A DNA stretch of 64,000 nt, taken from Macrostomum lignano (lineage: Eukaryota). Positions 60,488 through 64,000 of the stretch are shown in pieces. Position 1 is the stretch's first letter. Each line of letters starts with the position of its first letter. Position numbers and translations under genes: made by a program. The stretch spans positions 62,001 to 126,000 of the forward strand of contig NIVC01001764.1 in assembly GCA_002269645.1 (NCBI GenBank), read 5' to 3'. The notes beneath the pieces are model-generated. The model was not told where the DNA came from. It worked only from the letters and a program-made list of their open reading frames with translations, and ran no database searches.

Positions 60488-63400
60488 ATCGCACTGCGAC
60501 CGAGGTCGCGGTGCGCAGTGCCGAGATACCATCGACCACCTGTTTGGAGTTAGATGTTAAAATCAACAATACCTACAGCAAGTTTCTTGTGGATACCGGA
60601 GCCTCGGTTTCCATAGTTCCACCTCACCTCGTTAACGCACTCGTTCAAGATACAAACGTTCGTTTAATTACTGCTAACGGAGCCGCCATACCAGTTCGCG
60701 GGTCGGTCCTACTGGATGTCTCAATCCGCGGTTTGCGTCGCGCCTTCCAATGGACCTTCCTCGTGGCGTCAGTGGTGAAGCCCATCATTGGTTACGATTT
60801 CTTGGCTCACCATGGGTTAGTTGTCGATTGTCAGCGCAAACACGTTCGAGACTCAGAAACAGGACTGTCTACTGTTACCTTGTCAATTTCAAATGTTCAT
60901 TGTGGCCCGTTCACTGTGTCGGTAGAACTGCCACCCAACCTGGATTCTCGGACGAGTACGCTGTTGACAAAGTTTGCAAACTGTTTTTCTTTCGTTGAAG
61001 GCGGAGCCCTTCCGCCAGCTTCAGAGGTCAAGCATGACACTGTTCATCGACTAGACACTGGTAGTGGACAACCGGTTCACTTGCGACCCCGGCAACTGCA
61101 CCCTGCAAAACTACAGGCTGCAAAGCAAGAGTTTCAGCAGCTAATCGATGCTGGCTACCTCAGACCTTCCTCAAGCGCTTGGGCGTCACCCCTCCACATG
61201 GCACCCAAGGGAGCTGGCTGGCGTCCGTGCGGTGACTATCGCGAATTGAACAAACGAACAAAGCCGGACAACTATCCGGTTCCACACATTCAAACCTTCA
61301 CTCGGTACCTACACGGAAGCACTGTGTTTTCAAAGTTAGACCTTGTTCGCGCCTTTCATCAAATTCCAGTCGCCGAAGAGGATATTTGCAAAACCGCTAT
61401 CACCACACCGTTTGGATTGTTCGAGTACACACGCATGCCCTTCGGCCTGAGGAATGCAGCACAAACATTTCAACGCTTCATTGACTCTGTTTTTCACGGA
61501 CTGTCATTCGTCATCTCTTACATCGATGATGTCCTGATATTCTCAAAGACTCGTGAGGACCACTACTCACATTTGGAACAAGTTTTGGACCGCCTAAGAA
61601 CACACGGCCTACAGGTTCATTTGAAGAAGTGCGAATTCTTTCAGTCCGAGGTAGATTTCCTTGGCCATCGCGTGACTCCTGAAGGAATAAAACCTCTCCA
61701 GAAGAAGATCCAAATAATCACTGACTGGCCGACACCCACGGATTCGAACGCACTTCGGCGCTTCCTCGGTGTCGTCGGTTTCTACCGTCGATTCGTTCCC
61801 AACTTTGCCGACTGCATCTGTCCGCTGCAAGACCTACTCACTGCATCACTACAGTCAGCAGGAAACTTCCAATGGACAGAGCAGCATCAGAAATCTTTCG
61901 AAAACATCAAACTAGCTCTCTCAGAGAGACTACTGCTGCATCATCCGGACCCCAACTGTACTGCGTACCACCTGTACACTGATGCCTCAGCCGACTGTGT
62001 TGGTGCCGTTCTGCATCAAACCTCTTCAACCGGAACGTCACCTCTTGGCATGTTCAGCAAGAAGTTGTCGTCATCTCAAAGGATGTACAGCACGTTCGAC
62101 CGAGAACTACTCGCGCGTACCTGGCAGTGTTGCACTTCCGCAGCCTCATTGAAGGACTGAGCGTGACCTTGTTCACCGATCATAAACCACTAGCTCAGGC
62201 CTTCCACGCCAATCGCACCACTACGTCAGATCGCAATCAGCGCTACTTGACCGTCTTGTCCGAGTACGTGGCAGATGTCCAGTACATTCGCGGTGCAGAC
62301 AACGTAATAGCTGATGCCCTTTCTCGACTGCCTGACTTCCCAGTGAATGATCACGTGTCCAACATCGCAACAGTCGCTGTAGTCGCTGCCCCATCAAGCC
62401 AATTCCCTGTTGATCTGCCCAGTATCGCTGAAGCACAACGACAGGAGTCGTTCTCAGCTGCACCAAATATTCGATCGTATTCTCTGGACAAAGACGTCGT
62501 CGTTTGGTGTGAGACGTCAACGCCGTATCCTCGCCCGATCATTCCGCCGTCCCTCCGCGACGCCGTGATTGCCTCCTTCCATCGACTTGGTCATTTCGGC
62601 TACCGTAAAACAGCAAAACTCATCACAGAACGTTACTTTTGGCCCGGAATGCGCAAGTCCATCAAGACCTACTGCTGGAACTGCCAGGACTGCCAACGGA
62701 GTAAAGTCACTCGCCACACTGTCTCCCCGCAACAGGCCTTCGCACTACCATCAAATCGCTTTGAGGCGGTACACATTGATATTGTGGGACCACTTCCACC
62801 AGCTAATGCTACCACCTTTGGCCACCAGTCTGCCCGCTACCTTCTCACGATGGTCGACCGCTCGACTGGCTGGCTAGAAGCTACACCACTGGAATCAATA
62901 ACCGCGGAAGTAGTCGCCCATGCATTCGTCTCATCTTGGGTCTCGCGCTACGGAGTGCCACTGTATGTAATCACTGATCGGGGGCGCCAGTTCGAATCAG
63001 AATTCTTTCACTCGGTCTCGTCATCAATTGGTTTTCATCGATTACGCACAACGGCCTACCACCCTCAAACCAATGGCAAGGTCGAGCGAGCCCATCGCAC
63101 CCTGAAGACGATGCTACGTGCTCGAGGCAATGACTGGCTGACAGACCTACCTGTGGCTCTCCTCGCGATGCACGTCGCACCTGACGACCAAGGAATATCA
63201 CCGTTCACCAGGGTTACGGGCGAGCTTCCGATGGTTCCGCGCATTCTAACTTCTGAACCACTCGCCCCAACGGACATTCGGACACGGCTGCAGGAACTGC
63301 TGACAGAGTTACCGAGTCCACACGCGAAGACGCACGAACCACGGAGCTACGTACCCAAGGACCTGGAAATGGCTGAATTCGTCTGGGTTCGGGTCGATCG

Positions 63401-63689
63401 CGTGCGGTCGCCGCTCGAGGCGCCGTACTCAGGGCCGTATCGCGTGAAACAGCGAACTGACAAGTTCTTCGTTATTTTCCTACCGTCAGGCAACACCGAA
63501 TCTGTCTCTATCGATCGCCTCAAGCCGGCGCGACTTTCGCTTCCGAAGTCGGCTGTTCAGCCGGCCGCGAACTCGCTGCCGGAAAAAGCCGCCAAACCAA
63601 AGGAACCGGTGGACTCATCACCTCCTAGAGCGACCTCTAGCGGCCGCCGAGTCCAATTCCGACGCCATAATGATTACATTTATTATTAA
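60478..63689 (+). pseudogene. pol: pol (protease, reverse transcriptase, RNase H, integrase) in the -1 frame, with a 1-nt deletion frameshift at ~62115
   Basis: FLVDTGAS protease; [16 protein letters not shown] and YIDD in RT; LYTDAS and DRELLA in RNase H; H-GH..C..C zinc finger, HIDIVGP, TDRGRQF and NGKVER in integrase; GPY motif. The ORFs 60511-62160 and 62127-63689 join if one G is restored in CTC GCG (G)CG TAC. Confidence 0.93.
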
Positions 63690-63869
63690 CCTTGTAATGT
63701 ATAACGTCTACTGACTGCTGTTCCAATGTTCTCAATATTTCTCAATGTTCAACCCTTCATATAAAATTTAGCTCGTATTTCAACTGTATAACCGCTTCGT
63801 TTCAATAATTTAAGCCATTCCACCATTTTATAATTCAGTTACAGTCTCTTTTCCCCGTGCTCCGCAATT

Positions 63870-63880
63870 GGAGGGGGGAG
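63870..63880 (+). other. Polypurine tract GGAGGGGGGAG
   Basis: Immediately upstream of the 3' LTR. Confidence 0.85.
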
Positions 63881-63883
63881 TCG

Positions 63884-64000
63884 TATGGGTATTTTGTTGT
63901 ACTTTTTATTTGCAACTCAGTTTGTCATAAATTACCATAGACTAATTTCCTTTTACAGTTCTTTCTCGCAGTTAAGTTTCTCGCCCCAAGCCCTCTCGTC
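63884..64000 (+). repeat. 3' LTR (partial)
   Basis: 117/117 identical to 59343-59459. Confidence 0.92.

Larger units (their letters stand above)
59343..64000 (+). mobile_element. Ty3/gypsy LTR retrotransposon, near full-length (3' LTR truncated by the window end)
   Basis: 5' LTR 59343-59516, PBS at 59520, gag, pol in the order PR-RT-RH-IN, PPT 63870-63880, 3' LTR from 63884. Confidence 0.97.

Overview
Eukaryotic (metazoan) genomic DNA: spliced genes with GT-AG introns filled with micro- and minisatellites. The style resembles a repeat-rich invertebrate such as the flatworm Macrostomum; this is an inference only. Four host genes were reconstructed by hand with consistent splice phases. (1) A 2-exon TIS11/ZFP36-type tandem CCCH zinc-finger gene (+, 1323-3604). 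(2) A ~13-exon PPP-family Ser/Thr phosphatase with N-terminal EF-hands (+, ~5506-28549; first exon not found). (3) A 2-exon rhodopsin-class GPCR nested antisense in the 9.6-kb intron of that phosphatase (-, 22671-19821). (4) An 11-exon furin-like proprotein convertase (-, 58309-31863). The window ends with a near-complete Ty3/gypsy LTR retrotransposon (59343 to beyond 64000). It has identical visible LTR sequence, a PBS, a PPT, a -1 frameshift signal and two disabling lesions. Also present are two tRNA-headed CORE-type SINEs, a 418-bp MITE with an 8-bp TSD, a foldback element, two RFX X-boxes and about 35 tandem arrays. Most long ORFs in the supplied track are repeat artefacts. No CRISPR, rRNA or true tRNA genes were found.
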